From: Pseudomonadota bacterium
Lineage (GTDB): Bacteria; Bdellovibrionota_C; UBA2361; OMII01
Reading direction: 5' to 3'
Assembly (NCBI GenBank): GCA_038134595.1
Contig: JAYPVM010000001.1
Coordinates: 32,001 to 96,000 of the forward strand
DNA length: 64,000 nt
The position numbers and the translations under genes were made by a program. Shown piece after piece: positions 1 through 9,537 of the stretch. Within the stretch, counting starts at the first letter, position 1. Each line of letters begins with the position of its first letter. The notes beneath the pieces are model-generated. The model saw only the letters and a list, made by a program, of their open reading frames with translations. It did not search any database and was not told the origin of the DNA.

Positions 1-61
1 AAATCCTAGACTCCGATAGTCGCGTTTAATTAGCACCAGCGATTTTAATGGTGCCCTTCTC

Positions 62-90
62 TTGACCAAAAATTCACCGAGCCTTATAGT
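62..90 (+). promoter_or_regulatory. sigma70-type promoter upstream of the ilvA leader
   Basis: TTGACC (62-67), 17-nt spacer, TATAGT (85-90); ATG of the uORF begins 7 nt after the -10 box. Confidence 0.75.
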
Positions 91-97
91 TTCCGAC

Positions 98-181
98 ATG
101 TCTCGGCAATTACAATCTTCAACAAGCGCTTCTCTTTGCTGCATCGGCCAGGCATCGATGTCTATTATTATCGCGATTTAA
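98..181 (+). CDS. putative Ile-rich leader (attenuator) peptide, 27 aa: MSRQLQSSTSASLCCIGQASMSIIIAI
   Basis: Manually translated ATG98..TAA181; last five codons ATT ATT ATC GCG ATT; lies directly upstream of threonine dehydratase; internal in-frame ATG at 158. Confidence 0.65.
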   Translation: MSRQLQSSTSASLCCIGQASMSIIIAI

Positions 182-280
182 TTGGAGATTTAAGCCTTTT
201 TTAGTGGCTATCTCCCAGAACCCCAGACCCCTACCTTCGTAATAATATAGTACACTTTTTCTTTTTTGCTTTTTCTCCCG

Positions 281-1789
281 ATGTTTAGTACCGCAACCAT
301 ACAAACCGATTCGCACTTTAAAGAACAAGCTCGCTCTCTACCGTTAGCTGAGAGCCTCGCAGACCTCTCCGAAGAGCTCCTCCCTATTATGGAAAAATGC
401 GGGCTAGCAATGTCTTTTGGCCCGCTCAACCCTGGAGGGGTATGTATTGCTGACGCTACTTGTAATCCCACAAATGCGTATAAAGCCCGAGGAGCTCTAG
501 CAAGTGCATTTGCCGCTCAAAACCAAGGGGCACAAACAGTTTGGACCGCCTCTGCCGGAAATCATGGAGCTGGTCTGGCGTATGCCGCAGAACGACTAGG
601 ACTTAACGCACTTATATACGTTCCAACGACCGCACCTCAAACAAAGGTGGATAAGATTACTGCCTTTGGTGCCGCTGTGGTTCGAACAGGTAGCGACTTT
701 GACTCGTGTCTTGCGCTTGCGCAGGCAAGCCAACGCAGTACTGAAAGTGCATCCGTATTTGTGCATCCTTTTGATGAGCACACTGTTGTTGCTGGGCAAG
801 GAACTATCGGTTTTGAGATAATTCGACACGTAGCCAAACTCGCATCTAGTCGTGACTTTGATACGGTGCGTGTTTTCGTTCCAATCGGTGGAGGAGGCCT
901 AGCCGCAGGGATAGCGAGTGTACTTAAGACGAGATGGCCTGCTTTTTTACCAAAACCTGAGATTATAGGTGTAGCAGACGAGAGTTCCCCATCTTCTGTT
1001 GTTGGCGCTCTTTTTGGCCGGCCCGTGCGGGCTCTTTCTGACACGATTGCCGATGGAATCCGCGTGGCACAGGTGGGCAAGACGTTCGCTTCGATTACTC
1101 CCCTGCTCGATAATATTATTCTTATTCCACACGACGAAATAGTCGCGACTATGCAAGAGATGCAACACCTACACGGTCGCGCACTGGAGCCAGCGGGTGC
1201 CCTAGCAATCGCCGGTGAGCGGTTTGTAAGAAGGCATTCATTACTTCCAGAAGTTTCTAGTACTCTTTCAATACCAGTGATCTCAGGAAGCAATGTGGAC
1301 TTGGATATCTTTTCGGAAACGCTCTCAGCGCCCCGAAGAATCAACCCAACCTCCCATCAGCGATGTGCGTTCGATATACTCCTCAAAGAGCGTGACGGCG
1401 AACTTCTATCGCTCTTACGAACCGTTTGTGACTTTAACATTGCAAGTCTGACATACAAGCAACATCCGCATGTATCAGCAAATACTCTCCGAATTGAATT
1501 CGAGGTGCTTCGGGGATCTATCACCGAATTAGAGCGCATCCTAGTTAACGCTTTTCCAGGCTCCGAACGCCTACGAGATGGCATGCAAGTAGCATTCTCT
1601 GTGGGTGTTCCGGTAGCTCAAGACTTCAAGGATGAACTTGTAACACTAACTGACCGTCCCGGGGCCTTTTTGGAATACCTACTCGATTTACATACTCAAG
1701 GTGAATTGGGATCCATTGGCTTTCTATTCTATAGAAAGCCCGCTACGGAAGGGGCATTGTCTCAGATAGTACTTGGAAGACGTCCATAA
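281..1789 (+). CDS. ilvA: threonine ammonia-lyase (threonine dehydratase), PLP-dependent, with C-terminal ACT-like regulatory repeats
   Basis: AYKARGA (PLP Lys), ASAGNH, HPFD..VVAGQGTIG, PIGGGGL, ISGSN motifs; C-terminal ERDGELL and DRPGAFL repeats resemble the IlvA regulatory domain. ORF track starts at TTG 266; ATG 281 preferred. Confidence 0.8.
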   Translation: MFSTATIQTDSHFKEQARSLPLAESLADLSEELLPIMEKCGLAMSFGPLNPGGVCIADATCNPTNAYKARGALASAFAAQNQGAQTVWTASAGNHGAGLAYAAERLGLNALIYVPTTAPQTKVDKITAFGAAVVRTGSDFDSCLALAQASQRSTESASVFVHPFDEHTVVAGQGTIGFEIIRHVAKLASSRDFDTVRVFVPIGGGGLAAGIASVLKTRWPAFLPKPEIIGVADESSPSSVVGALFGRPVRALSDTIADGIRVAQVGKTFASITPLLDNIILIPHDEIVATMQEMQHLHGRALEPAGALAIAGERFVRRHSLLPEVSSTLSIPVISGSNVDLDIFSETLSAPRRINPTSHQRCAFDILLKERDGELLSLLRTVCDFNIASLTYKQHPHVSANTLRIEFEVLRGSITELERILVNAFPGSERLRDGMQVAFSVGVPVAQDFKDELVTLTDRPGAFLEYLLDLHTQGELGSIGFLFYRKPATEGALSQIVLGRRP

Positions 1790-1827
1790 CGAGGCAAGCT
1801 ATCCCGCAGCCACATACTAGCCCAGCA

Positions 1828-3714
1828 TTAAACCGACGTTGCACCCTCACTACGGTACCGTTTGAGATATACCGAAAGAAGAGAGATAGTGCTCGGCGTC
1901 ATCCCCGGAATCCGCATAGCCTGACCAAGCGAGTCAGGGCGATGCTTCTTTAACTTCTCTCGCGCTTCATTACGAAGTTGCGTAACAGAATCATAGGGGA
2001 AATCCGCAGGGATTTTCTCTTTTTCAATCTTTCGAAGTTTCTTCACATCCTCTTCTTGCCTATCGAGGTAGCCACTAAATTTACATTCTATTTCAAGCGC
2101 GGCGCGAAGATCATCGGCAAGCTCCCCATCACACGGCTGATGCTTTAAAAGCTCCTCTATCGTTATCTGCGGACGCTTTAACAACTGTGCAAGTGTCACA
2201 CTGTCTTTTAGTGCCGCTGTGCCTTGTGCTTCTAACCACGCATTCGTCTCTTCACTTGGTTTTATCCGAGTTGTTTGCAGCCACTTTGAAGCATACTCAT
2301 ATTGCCGTGTCTTACGTTCAAAACGCTCTAGCTGTTTCTCGCTTAGTAAATCAAGTTCAACTGCTTTCGGTGTCAGCCGTTTCATCGCATTGTCTTCACG
2401 GAGGATTAATCTGTACTCTGCCCGCGAGGTAAACATTCGATACGGCTCATCTACTCCTGTGGATGTCAGGTCATCAGTCATAACACCGATGTATCCTTCT
2501 CCCCTTCCAATGGTGAAGTGTTCTCTCTCCAAGACTATATGTGCGGCATTGATTCCAGCAATAATACCCTGCGCAGCGGCCTCTTCATAACCGCTTGTGC
2601 CATTTATCTGCCCGGCAAGAAACAAACCAGCTACATCTTTTGTTTCATACGTTGGAGCAAGCTGTCGTGGATCAACAAAGTCGTATTCAACGGCGTAGCC
2701 TGGTGCTAAAAATTCAACATTCTCAAGCCCCGCTATCGATCGAATAAACTCCTGCTGTACGTCGATAGGAAGTGAGGTAGATATTCCGTTCGGGTACACA
2801 ATGTCCGAAGTAAACCCCTCTGGTTCTAAAAACACAGTGTGGCTTAATTTATCGGCAAACCGAAACACCTTATCTTCGATAGATGGACAGTAGCGTGGTC
2901 CACCAGATTGGATCTGCCCATTAAACATTGGGCTTCGCTCTTTGTTCGCACGGATAACGTCATGTGATTTTTCGTTTGTTGCTGTCATCCAGCACGATAT
3001 TTGTGGCCTCTCAATAGCATCGGTCATAAACGAAAACGGCTGTGGCCTCGCGTCTCCTGGCTGTTCTCTACACACTGAAAAATCGATACTCGAGAGTCGC
3101 AAGCGAGGGGGTGTTCCTGTTTTCAATCTTCCGAGCGGAAAACCCAAAGCACGCAAAGAATCGCTTAGGCTATTTGATGCGATATCTCCCAATCGTCCGC
3201 CCGCAGTTTGCGTCTCGCCTGAATGCATCAGCCCACGCAAGAATGTTCCGGTCGTCACAACGACGGCTCTGCATGGTATTACACTCCCATCAGCGAGAAT
3301 AACACCAGTTACTGCTTGTCCCTTTGTTTCAATTCCGCTGACTTCACCCTCAATGATTGAAAGATTTGGAACGGTTTGCAAATAACTCTGAATCCATCCT
3401 TTGTAGAGATCTCTATCGGCTTGCGCTCTTGAGGCCCGTGCGGCAGCTCCTTTACTTGTGTTGAGCATACGAAACTGAATACCGGTAGCATCGATAGCAC
3501 GACCCATAAGGCCACCTAAGGCATCGACCTCCTTAACAAGATGTCCCTTTCCAACCCCACCAATAGCAGGATTACACGACATCTGGCCGATGCCGTCCTT
3601 TCTAAGCGAGACAAGCACTGTAGCAACTCCTAAGCGCGCAGAGGCATACGCTGCCTCAACGCCAGCGTGGCCCCCTCCAACAACTACAATTTGATTAGTG
3701 CTTTGCTTTGACAT
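1828..3714 (-). CDS. mnmG: tRNA uridine-5-carboxymethylaminomethyl(34) synthesis enzyme MnmG/GidA
   Basis: GGGHAG, MSCNPAIGG, RLKTGTPPR, GPRYCPSIEDK, AGQINGTSGYEEAAAQG, EPYRMFTSRAEYRL. Confidence 0.98.
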   Translation of the reverse strand: MSKQSTNQIVVVGGGHAGVEAAYASARLGVATVLVSLRKDGIGQMSCNPAIGGVGKGHLVKEVDALGGLMGRAIDATGIQFRMLNTSKGAAARASRAQADRDLYKGWIQSYLQTVPNLSIIEGEVSGIETKGQAVTGVILADGSVIPCRAVVVTTGTFLRGLMHSGETQTAGGRLGDIASNSLSDSLRALGFPLGRLKTGTPPRLRLSSIDFSVCREQPGDARPQPFSFMTDAIERPQISCWMTATNEKSHDVIRANKERSPMFNGQIQSGGPRYCPSIEDKVFRFADKLSHTVFLEPEGFTSDIVYPNGISTSLPIDVQQEFIRSIAGLENVEFLAPGYAVEYDFVDPRQLAPTYETKDVAGLFLAGQINGTSGYEEAAAQGIIAGINAAHIVLEREHFTIGRGEGYIGVMTDDLTSTGVDEPYRMFTSRAEYRLILREDNAMKRLTPKAVELDLLSEKQLERFERKTRQYEYASKWLQTTRIKPSEETNAWLEAQGTAALKDSVTLAQLLKRPQITIEELLKHQPCDGELADDLRAALEIECKFSGYLDRQEEDVKKLRKIEKEKIPADFPYDSVTQLRNEAREKLKKHRPDSLGQAMRIPGMTPSTISLLSVYLKRYRSEGATSV

Positions 3715-4187
3715 TCACTCTTCCCACCTTAAATCGCATAAGGTAAGTGAGAATAGTACAGAGTGTCGCGTTCTTTCTCAAGAAAGGAGCCTTTCTGTCA
3801 TATTTCGTTCCTCTTTTCACGGTCACCGCACGCGCTCCGATGAAAACCATATTAAACCGGTGTTTAAGGGCTATATTGGTCAGTTTTATTTGATTGTTAT
3901 AACTAAAAGTCTTGAAAACATTGAGAAGAATTACCTCAGCCCGACCCCTATGCTAATGACGCTAAAACACGACACTTTATCCGTATCTTCTACATCCTGA
4001 CGGCAGACATGAAGTTTTTGAATTTAAAAAGTGCTACCGTTACTGTGTTTTTTGAATGAAGCGCTTTGAAAATACGTCAAAGTGCCTGAATAAAGCAAAA
4101 GCTTCGTATTTATAGACAGTTATGGATATCCAAGTCCTTTAGCTGTCATTATTTGGAATCAACAGTCATACCGTTTGCATCGATTAA

Positions 4188-4970
4188 ATGAGTAAACAAC
4201 TTCTTCACATCTTTGATGGCACACGTGGAGCAGTACGGCGAGGTATGACCGTTATGAATCATTTAGTCAGATATCTACATTCATGGATGGGACGTAACAT
4301 ACACGTTACGTGCGTGCTTTCGTCAGTGCTCTCTGTTTACTTGCTGACATACGGCTCTCTTACGACTCAACCAACACCGATAGGAGCCATGAAACACAGT
4401 GTGGAGTCTCGAGGCGCTATTGGCGCTCTTCTTTCGGTACAAGATAAAAAGCAGGTTGCGTTCGTCGCCTCACTTATCGAAACTCACCAGCCAGCATTGG
4501 AAGAGAGTGATTCGCTTGCTACGCTTATTGTTACAGAGAGCAAGCGCGCCAGAATTGATCCTTTGTTCGTTGCGGCAGTTATTCAAGCCGAAAGTAGTTT
4601 TAGACCAACCGCAGTTTCCTATCGAGGCGCTAAGGGACTAATGCAGTTAATGCCTGCAACGGGGCGTCATCTATCGAAACAATTAAACGTATACCTCAAA
4701 GACGCTACAGCACTACACGATCCAAAAACTAACATCAAACTCGGGATCGCATATCTAAAAGAACTTAATCGACGCTTTAAGGGCGACAAGGAACATGCGC
4801 TCGTTGCATATAACTGGGGACCCACAAACGTTTCAAAGGCCCTTGATGGTCAGAAGCGATTCCCTCGATCCTCAGTGAAGTATGCTCGTTCTATTCTCTC
4901 TCGACGCAACTCCTGGGCACTTAAGATGAATCATTTTGTTGCCCAAACTTCTATTCCAACTTTTGGATAG
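4188..4970 (+). CDS. lytic transglycosylase (SLT domain) with N-terminal hydrophobic anchor
   Basis: AVIQAESSF, GAKGLMQLMPAT, LVAYNWGP motifs; start codon uncertain. Confidence 0.88.
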   Translation: MSKQLLHIFDGTRGAVRRGMTVMNHLVRYLHSWMGRNIHVTCVLSSVLSVYLLTYGSLTTQPTPIGAMKHSVESRGAIGALLSVQDKKQVAFVASLIETHQPALEESDSLATLIVTESKRARIDPLFVAAVIQAESSFRPTAVSYRGAKGLMQLMPATGRHLSKQLNVYLKDATALHDPKTNIKLGIAYLKELNRRFKGDKEHALVAYNWGPTNVSKALDGQKRFPRSSVKYARSILSRRNSWALKMNHFVAQTSIPTFG

Positions 4971-5036
4971 TGTTTTTTTTCCTATCTCAGAGTACACTGG
5001 GAAGGTAAACAGCTGCCCTAATACACAAGATCTCAC

Positions 5037-5570
5037 ATGACGCCCAACGATCCTACACTCATTGCAATTCATCGCGAATTACACATTCCCTTTGACTATG
5101 CTACGGAGAGAAAACTTCCATTTTATTCCCAAGTCGCATTATCTGAATTAATTGTAGCGCAGCTTGACGACGCAGGTAGACCTCTCATCCTTACCGCACC
5201 TGCTGCCAAGGCTCTCTCTGCGATGCGTAAAGCCGCTGGAAGTGCTGGAGTAGCACTGCTGCCTTTCTCGGGATTTCGCTCTTATGCCTATCAAAAGGGG
5301 CTCATTGAGCGAAAATTAACGCAAGGTCTCGACATCAAGACGATCCTGTCAGTTCTGGCTGCTCCCGGATATTCTGAACATCATACCGGTGAGGCGATAG
5401 ACATTACTACAATTGGTTGCCCTCCTGCTACCGAGGCATTTGAATCTACCAATGCGTACTCATGGCTTGCAAAGCATGCTAGAGATTTTGGTTTTACCGA
5501 GAGTTTTCCACGAAACAATCCACATAAACTCGTATTTGAGCCGTGGCATTGGAGATTTAAAGCTTCATAA
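5037..5570 (+). CDS. D-alanyl-D-alanine carboxypeptidase, M15B/VanY family
   Basis: SGFRSYAYQ, APGYSEHHTGEAID, FEPWHWRF. Confidence 0.9.
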   Translation: MTPNDPTLIAIHRELHIPFDYATERKLPFYSQVALSELIVAQLDDAGRPLILTAPAAKALSAMRKAAGSAGVALLPFSGFRSYAYQKGLIERKLTQGLDIKTILSVLAAPGYSEHHTGEAIDITTIGCPPATEAFESTNAYSWLAKHARDFGFTESFPRNNPHKLVFEPWHWRFKAS

Positions 5571-5586
5571 GCGTTTTTAAAAAGCT

Positions 5587-6459
5587 CTATATTCTCTCAA
5601 TGATTCCTTTAGACGAAACTCGAATTAATTTATCGGTTTTAAGTCGAGAGACCTGTTCTTGTACTCTATTCTGATCAGCATCTAGAAGCGTAGCAAGTTT
5701 TCTGATGGATACCGAATACGGAGGATGCAAGACAAGTTTTAGAATCTTGGCGGCGAGCTCTCGATTCGAACCATGAAACTTCGACTGACGAACGTACTGT
5801 GTGCTTCGCTGGTTCAGCGAGGAATCGTATTTTTTTAAGACAACTCCGATATCCATCAACGAATAAAACCATTCCCGTGGATGATTTCGGTCCATCGTCT
5901 TATCAATAAGAACCATAATCTCCTTGTCGGTAACTTGTATACGCTCAGGAAAAAATGTGTGCGTGTAAACACATCGGATATTTGTCTCAATCATCGGTAT
6001 CGCTATATTGTGCGCAAACACCGAGATAGCCGCGGCCGTATAGGAGCCAATCCCTGGTAGTGATAAAAGCGTATCGTATTCTTTGGGAATGCGTCCGTTG
6101 AAACTTTCGCAAACGTATTGTGCGCACGCATGCAAATTTTTGGCACGGCGATAGTATCCCATACCCTCCCATATCTTAAGCACCTCATATAACGGTGCCG
6201 CTGCCAACGCTTTAACGGTCGGAAATCTCTCCAAGAACTTCGGATATCGTTCAGATACTCGAGAGGTTTGAGTCTGTTGTAGCATTACTTCACTTACTAG
6301 AATCCGGTATGGATTTCGGGTCTTACGCCACGAGAAGTCTCGTCCGTGCTGCCGATAAAAAAGGCGGACAAGTCTACGAAATTCGGCCGATTGGGCCTTC
6401 AAATTAGACTTCTTGCAAGTTAGCGCGCCCAATCGGGCAATGTATATCTCGGGTTTCAT
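5587..6459 (-). CDS. mutY: A/G-specific adenine glycosylase, short MutY-like (HhH-GPD)
   Basis: PYRILVSEVMLQQT, WEGMGYYRRAKNLH, LPGIGSYTA HhH motif; lacks Fe-S cysteines. Confidence 0.8.
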   Translation of the reverse strand: MKPEIYIARLGALTCKKSNLKAQSAEFRRLVRLFYRQHGRDFSWRKTRNPYRILVSEVMLQQTQTSRVSERYPKFLERFPTVKALAAAPLYEVLKIWEGMGYYRRAKNLHACAQYVCESFNGRIPKEYDTLLSLPGIGSYTAAAISVFAHNIAIPMIETNIRCVYTHTFFPERIQVTDKEIMVLIDKTMDRNHPREWFYSLMDIGVVLKKYDSSLNQRSTQYVRQSKFHGSNRELAAKILKLVLHPPYSVSIRKLATLLDADQNRVQEQVSRLKTDKLIRVSSKGIIERI

Positions 6460-6560
6460 CTCTTAGGCACTGCATGCTGTAGCTAACAAGAACGATATCA
6501 CCTCGCTGTAAATATTGGTATACTATCCGCAGCGCTGCCCAAACTAACTATCTTTTTGCT

Positions 6561-7274
6561 ATGGCCTTACCGACCCTGACCTCGCTATACCTCTATCAAG
6601 ATGAGTATATCTTTGCTCTTAACAAACCGGCTGGTCTGCATTCTGTCGGACTTAAATCCGGAGGAGGTGCGTCACTTGCTGATCTACTACTTGCTCACAG
6701 TCCTGATTTAGCTACCATTTCTAAACAGGAATGCGATGCAGGGCTCGTACAGCGATTAGATTTTGATACAAGTGGAATTATACTTGGCGCAAAGACAAAA
6801 GAAGCCTGGACGCTTCTTCATAAAGAAATTACAAGCGGCGCGCTTATCAAGCGATACATTGCTCTCGTAGATGGAGACTTTAGAGAATCCGCTACAATCT
6901 CATCATACATAGGTTCTCCAAACCGGGGGGCTAAAAAGATGCGTAGCTATAAAGATCTGCCTACTGGAAATATCCGTGCACTATTCGGGACGAGTAACTT
7001 CGTACCGTTTAAAACAACCGAAAATAATTTCAGAACATTTGTAGAGGTTTCGGCATCTCCGGCAAGACGGCATCAGGTAAGGGTGCATGCAGCTCAGCTC
7101 GGCCATCCTCTTACCGGGGACACCCTCTACGGATCAACACAGTGCTTACCGAACAAGCTGCAGCAAACGTCTCGCGCTTTTTTCTTACACGCCCATTATA
7201 TCAAAGGAATTCATCCAATCACAAAACAGCCTATAGAAATTCACAGCTGCCTTGAACACGTGGGAATCGGGTAA
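6561..7274 (+). CDS. RluA/RluD-family RNA pseudouridine synthase
   Basis: NKPAGL, QRLDFDTSG (catalytic Asp), RHQVRVH, GHPLTGDTLYG, LHA. Confidence 0.92.
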   Translation: MALPTLTSLYLYQDEYIFALNKPAGLHSVGLKSGGGASLADLLLAHSPDLATISKQECDAGLVQRLDFDTSGIILGAKTKEAWTLLHKEITSGALIKRYIALVDGDFRESATISSYIGSPNRGAKKMRSYKDLPTGNIRALFGTSNFVPFKTTENNFRTFVEVSASPARRHQVRVHAAQLGHPLTGDTLYGSTQCLPNKLQQTSRAFFLHAHYIKGIHPITKQPIEIHSCLEHVGIG

Positions 7275-7326
7275 TCTATCTTTTGCGCTTCACGTAAAGT
7301 CATCTATAACAAAAGTCGTATTTATT

Positions 7327-7782
7327 TCATTTGAAGTTAAAATCATCGAGGCCTTTCCTGACACATGCTAGATTACTAGCAAGCACCTCTGCATCCCAAC
7401 GGATACTACCGACACCTTCTCCAAATTCAGATTCCTGTTCCAATGTTACAGCCGTCTCCTCCAGCCCCCAAATCGCCGCTTGAATATGCCCTGCAAATTC
7501 CATCAAACCGAGCATCTGCCGTTGTTCGCTTTTTTGACTTTCGATCTGCACCACGCGCTGTATCACCGCAGATAAGAGTTCAGTGAGAGCCTCAACTCGC
7601 ATCAAGGGTGCTGTAAGTTCTGACAGGTAATCCTCTGATACTCCATGATGAAGAGATGATGCCTCGCGTCTTTGCATAGCCTCTTCTCGGCAGGCTTTTC
7701 CAAGCCTGCCAATAGAACTCATTACCATGAGATGTCCATCAGAATCTGGATGGCACGAGCCCCATTGTAATTTTCGGGTCAT
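7327..7782 (-). CDS. hypothetical helical protein
   Basis: 151-aa ORF filling the gap between recognised genes; no clear family. Confidence 0.55.
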   Translation of the reverse strand: MTRKLQWGSCHPDSDGHLMVMSSIGRLGKACREEAMQRREASSLHHGVSEDYLSELTAPLMRVEALTELLSAVIQRVVQIESQKSEQRQMLGLMEFAGHIQAAIWGLEETAVTLEQESEFGEGVGSIRWDAEVLASNLACVRKGLDDFNFK

Positions 7783-7988
7783 ACGTCACAAGCCCTAATC
7801 AGACGGTTCTTTACGCCAAATACTCACTCTCTTCGTTGATAAGAAAATGTACGCCACTCTGGCATTCGTTCATGTAAGCCTAAAAACATCCGCACTCATA
7901 CGCAAGAAAATAGTAATAGATGTGGAGCCTAATTGATTACTCCATTAACTAGATAGGATTCTGCGCGATAAATACCACGAAGTCGATT

Positions 7989-8786
7989 TTATCCCCTCGG
8001 CTCCCTCTTTGCGATCAAAAATTTAGACTCTTCCCTTAAGCGTTTCATTCGATCGACAGTCAGAGGATGACTCCGAAGAAGAAAACTCCACCGGCTCTCT
8101 CCATTTTCGTACTGCTCATGAATTTTTTCAAAAAATTCAAGATATGAATCACTTGGCCCCAAAACCTGTGAGGCCAGATCAAGACCGATGCTATCAGCTT
8201 CATACTCCTGTGCTCGTGAATGGGCCGAGGACATCATGTGAATAGCTAACGAACTCGCGGTTCCAGAGGTCTCTTCCAATACGTACAGTTGAATCACTGT
8301 CCAAATAAGAGAGCGACCAATAGCTCGTAGAACGTGGCGCTTCTGCTGGTGGCCTAACTCGTGTCCTAAAACCATTGCAAGCCCCTCTTCGTGCTCTACC
8401 AACTCAAGAAGCCCCCGAGTTACACCCACACCTCCTCCAGGAATCGCAAAGGCATTCGGCTCCTTCATGTCTACGTACAGAAGTTTATACGGTAACGGCC
8501 GAAGAGAGCCTGCTCGAACCAATCGTTCGAAGAGCTGCTCTGCCCTTCGATACTTCTCGGCTACAAATCCTTTTTTGGGAGCATGTGCTTCCATACCTGC
8601 AAATAGTTTTGCCTCGAGTCGCTCCGGAATCTGCTCGGCAATGGTATCGGCGACGACTCCAAGCACGGCGTAGCCAACGACAAAGGCGACACCGAGGAGA
8701 ACCAGTAGTTTCGCAAACTCATATTTCGGAGAATCTCCCCGGGAGATGTCTACTGTATCCTTTAATTCCTTGACTACATGCTTCAT
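7989..8786 (-). CDS. M48-family metallopeptidase
   Basis: PNAFAIPGG, VLGHELGH (HExxH), EYEADSIG, SHP motif; N-terminal TM helix. Confidence 0.9.
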   Translation of the reverse strand: MKHVVKELKDTVDISRGDSPKYEFAKLLVLLGVAFVVGYAVLGVVADTIAEQIPERLEAKLFAGMEAHAPKKGFVAEKYRRAEQLFERLVRAGSLRPLPYKLLYVDMKEPNAFAIPGGGVGVTRGLLELVEHEEGLAMVLGHELGHQQKRHVLRAIGRSLIWTVIQLYVLEETSGTASSLAIHMMSSAHSRAQEYEADSIGLDLASQVLGPSDSYLEFFEKIHEQYENGESRWSFLLRSHPLTVDRMKRLREESKFLIAKREPRG

Positions 8787-9223
8787 TTCGAAAGGTAAAT
8801 GGCGGTTCCATATGCGAGAACCTCAACCGTACCTACAGCTCTTCCTTGTCCATTGGAGAGCGTAGATGTTTCTATCCGACAATTTACAAAATAATCCGCG
8901 TGAGGATGGCTTTCCTTCATCCTCAGAAACGCTTCACGTCTTGCCCTGTCGATAAGAGAGGCATACGAGGCTACTTCTCCACCAAAAATATTTCTCAAGC
9001 CTGCCAGAAACCGCTTGAAGCGATCTATGGACACGACAACCGAGCCATACGCTAGCGTCGCCTCTGAAATCCGCTGCTGATCTCCCTCTTGAACTGTCTT
9101 TCGAGTACTGATGGGTACACGAAGCGTCTCTTTTTCTCGCGCCGCAATCGAGCGATAATGCTTACGCTCAACAGCTGTTCCTATGAGATACGCTCCCCCT
9201 AGAATAAAAATTATCTCAAACAT
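8783..9223 (-). CDS. YbjQ-like (UPF0145) protein with N-terminal TM helix
   Basis: LRNIFGGEVASY..L..ARREA..RM and EVLAYGTA; paralogous to the next gene. Confidence 0.85.
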   Translation of the reverse strand: MFEIIFILGGAYLIGTAVERKHYRSIAAREKETLRVPISTRKTVQEGDQQRISEATLAYGSVVVSIDRFKRFLAGLRNIFGGEVASYASLIDRARREAFLRMKESHPHADYFVNCRIETSTLSNGQGRAVGTVEVLAYGTAIYLSK

Positions 9224-9537
9224 TAAGAGACCTTCACTGCAGTTCCGTAGGCCAATATCTCTGCTGCCCCTTGCGCGACTGACGAGGTTGAAAACCTCAC
9301 ATTGACAATCGCATTTGCCCCCATCTCCTGCGCCTGCCGAATCATCCTAGAAAGCGCCTCCTCTCGAGACTCTACAAGGAGTTCAGTATAGCCCTTAAGT
9401 TCACCTCCAAAGATATTCTTAAGGCTTGCCATCATATCGCGTCCAACGTGCTTTGCTCGTATCGTGCTTCCCTGTACGATTCCGTAATGCTCATCTATCG
9501 CTTTTCCAGGAACAGTTTCTAAATTTGTCACTATCAT
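9223..9537 (-). CDS. YbjQ/UPF0145 family protein
   Basis: GRDMMASLKNIFGGELKGYTELL.ESREEAL.RM, GANAIVNVRF, EILAYGTAV. Confidence 0.93.
   Translation of the reverse strand: MIVTNLETVPGKAIDEHYGIVQGSTIRAKHVGRDMMASLKNIFGGELKGYTELLVESREEALSRMIRQAQEMGANAIVNVRFSTSSVAQGAAEILAYGTAVKVS

Noticed and set aside
3715..4187. oriC next to mnmG/gidA
   Set aside because: Only weak 7/9 DnaA-box matches (TTATCCGTA, TATGGATAT); no cluster, and no dnaA or rsmG/parAB adjacent
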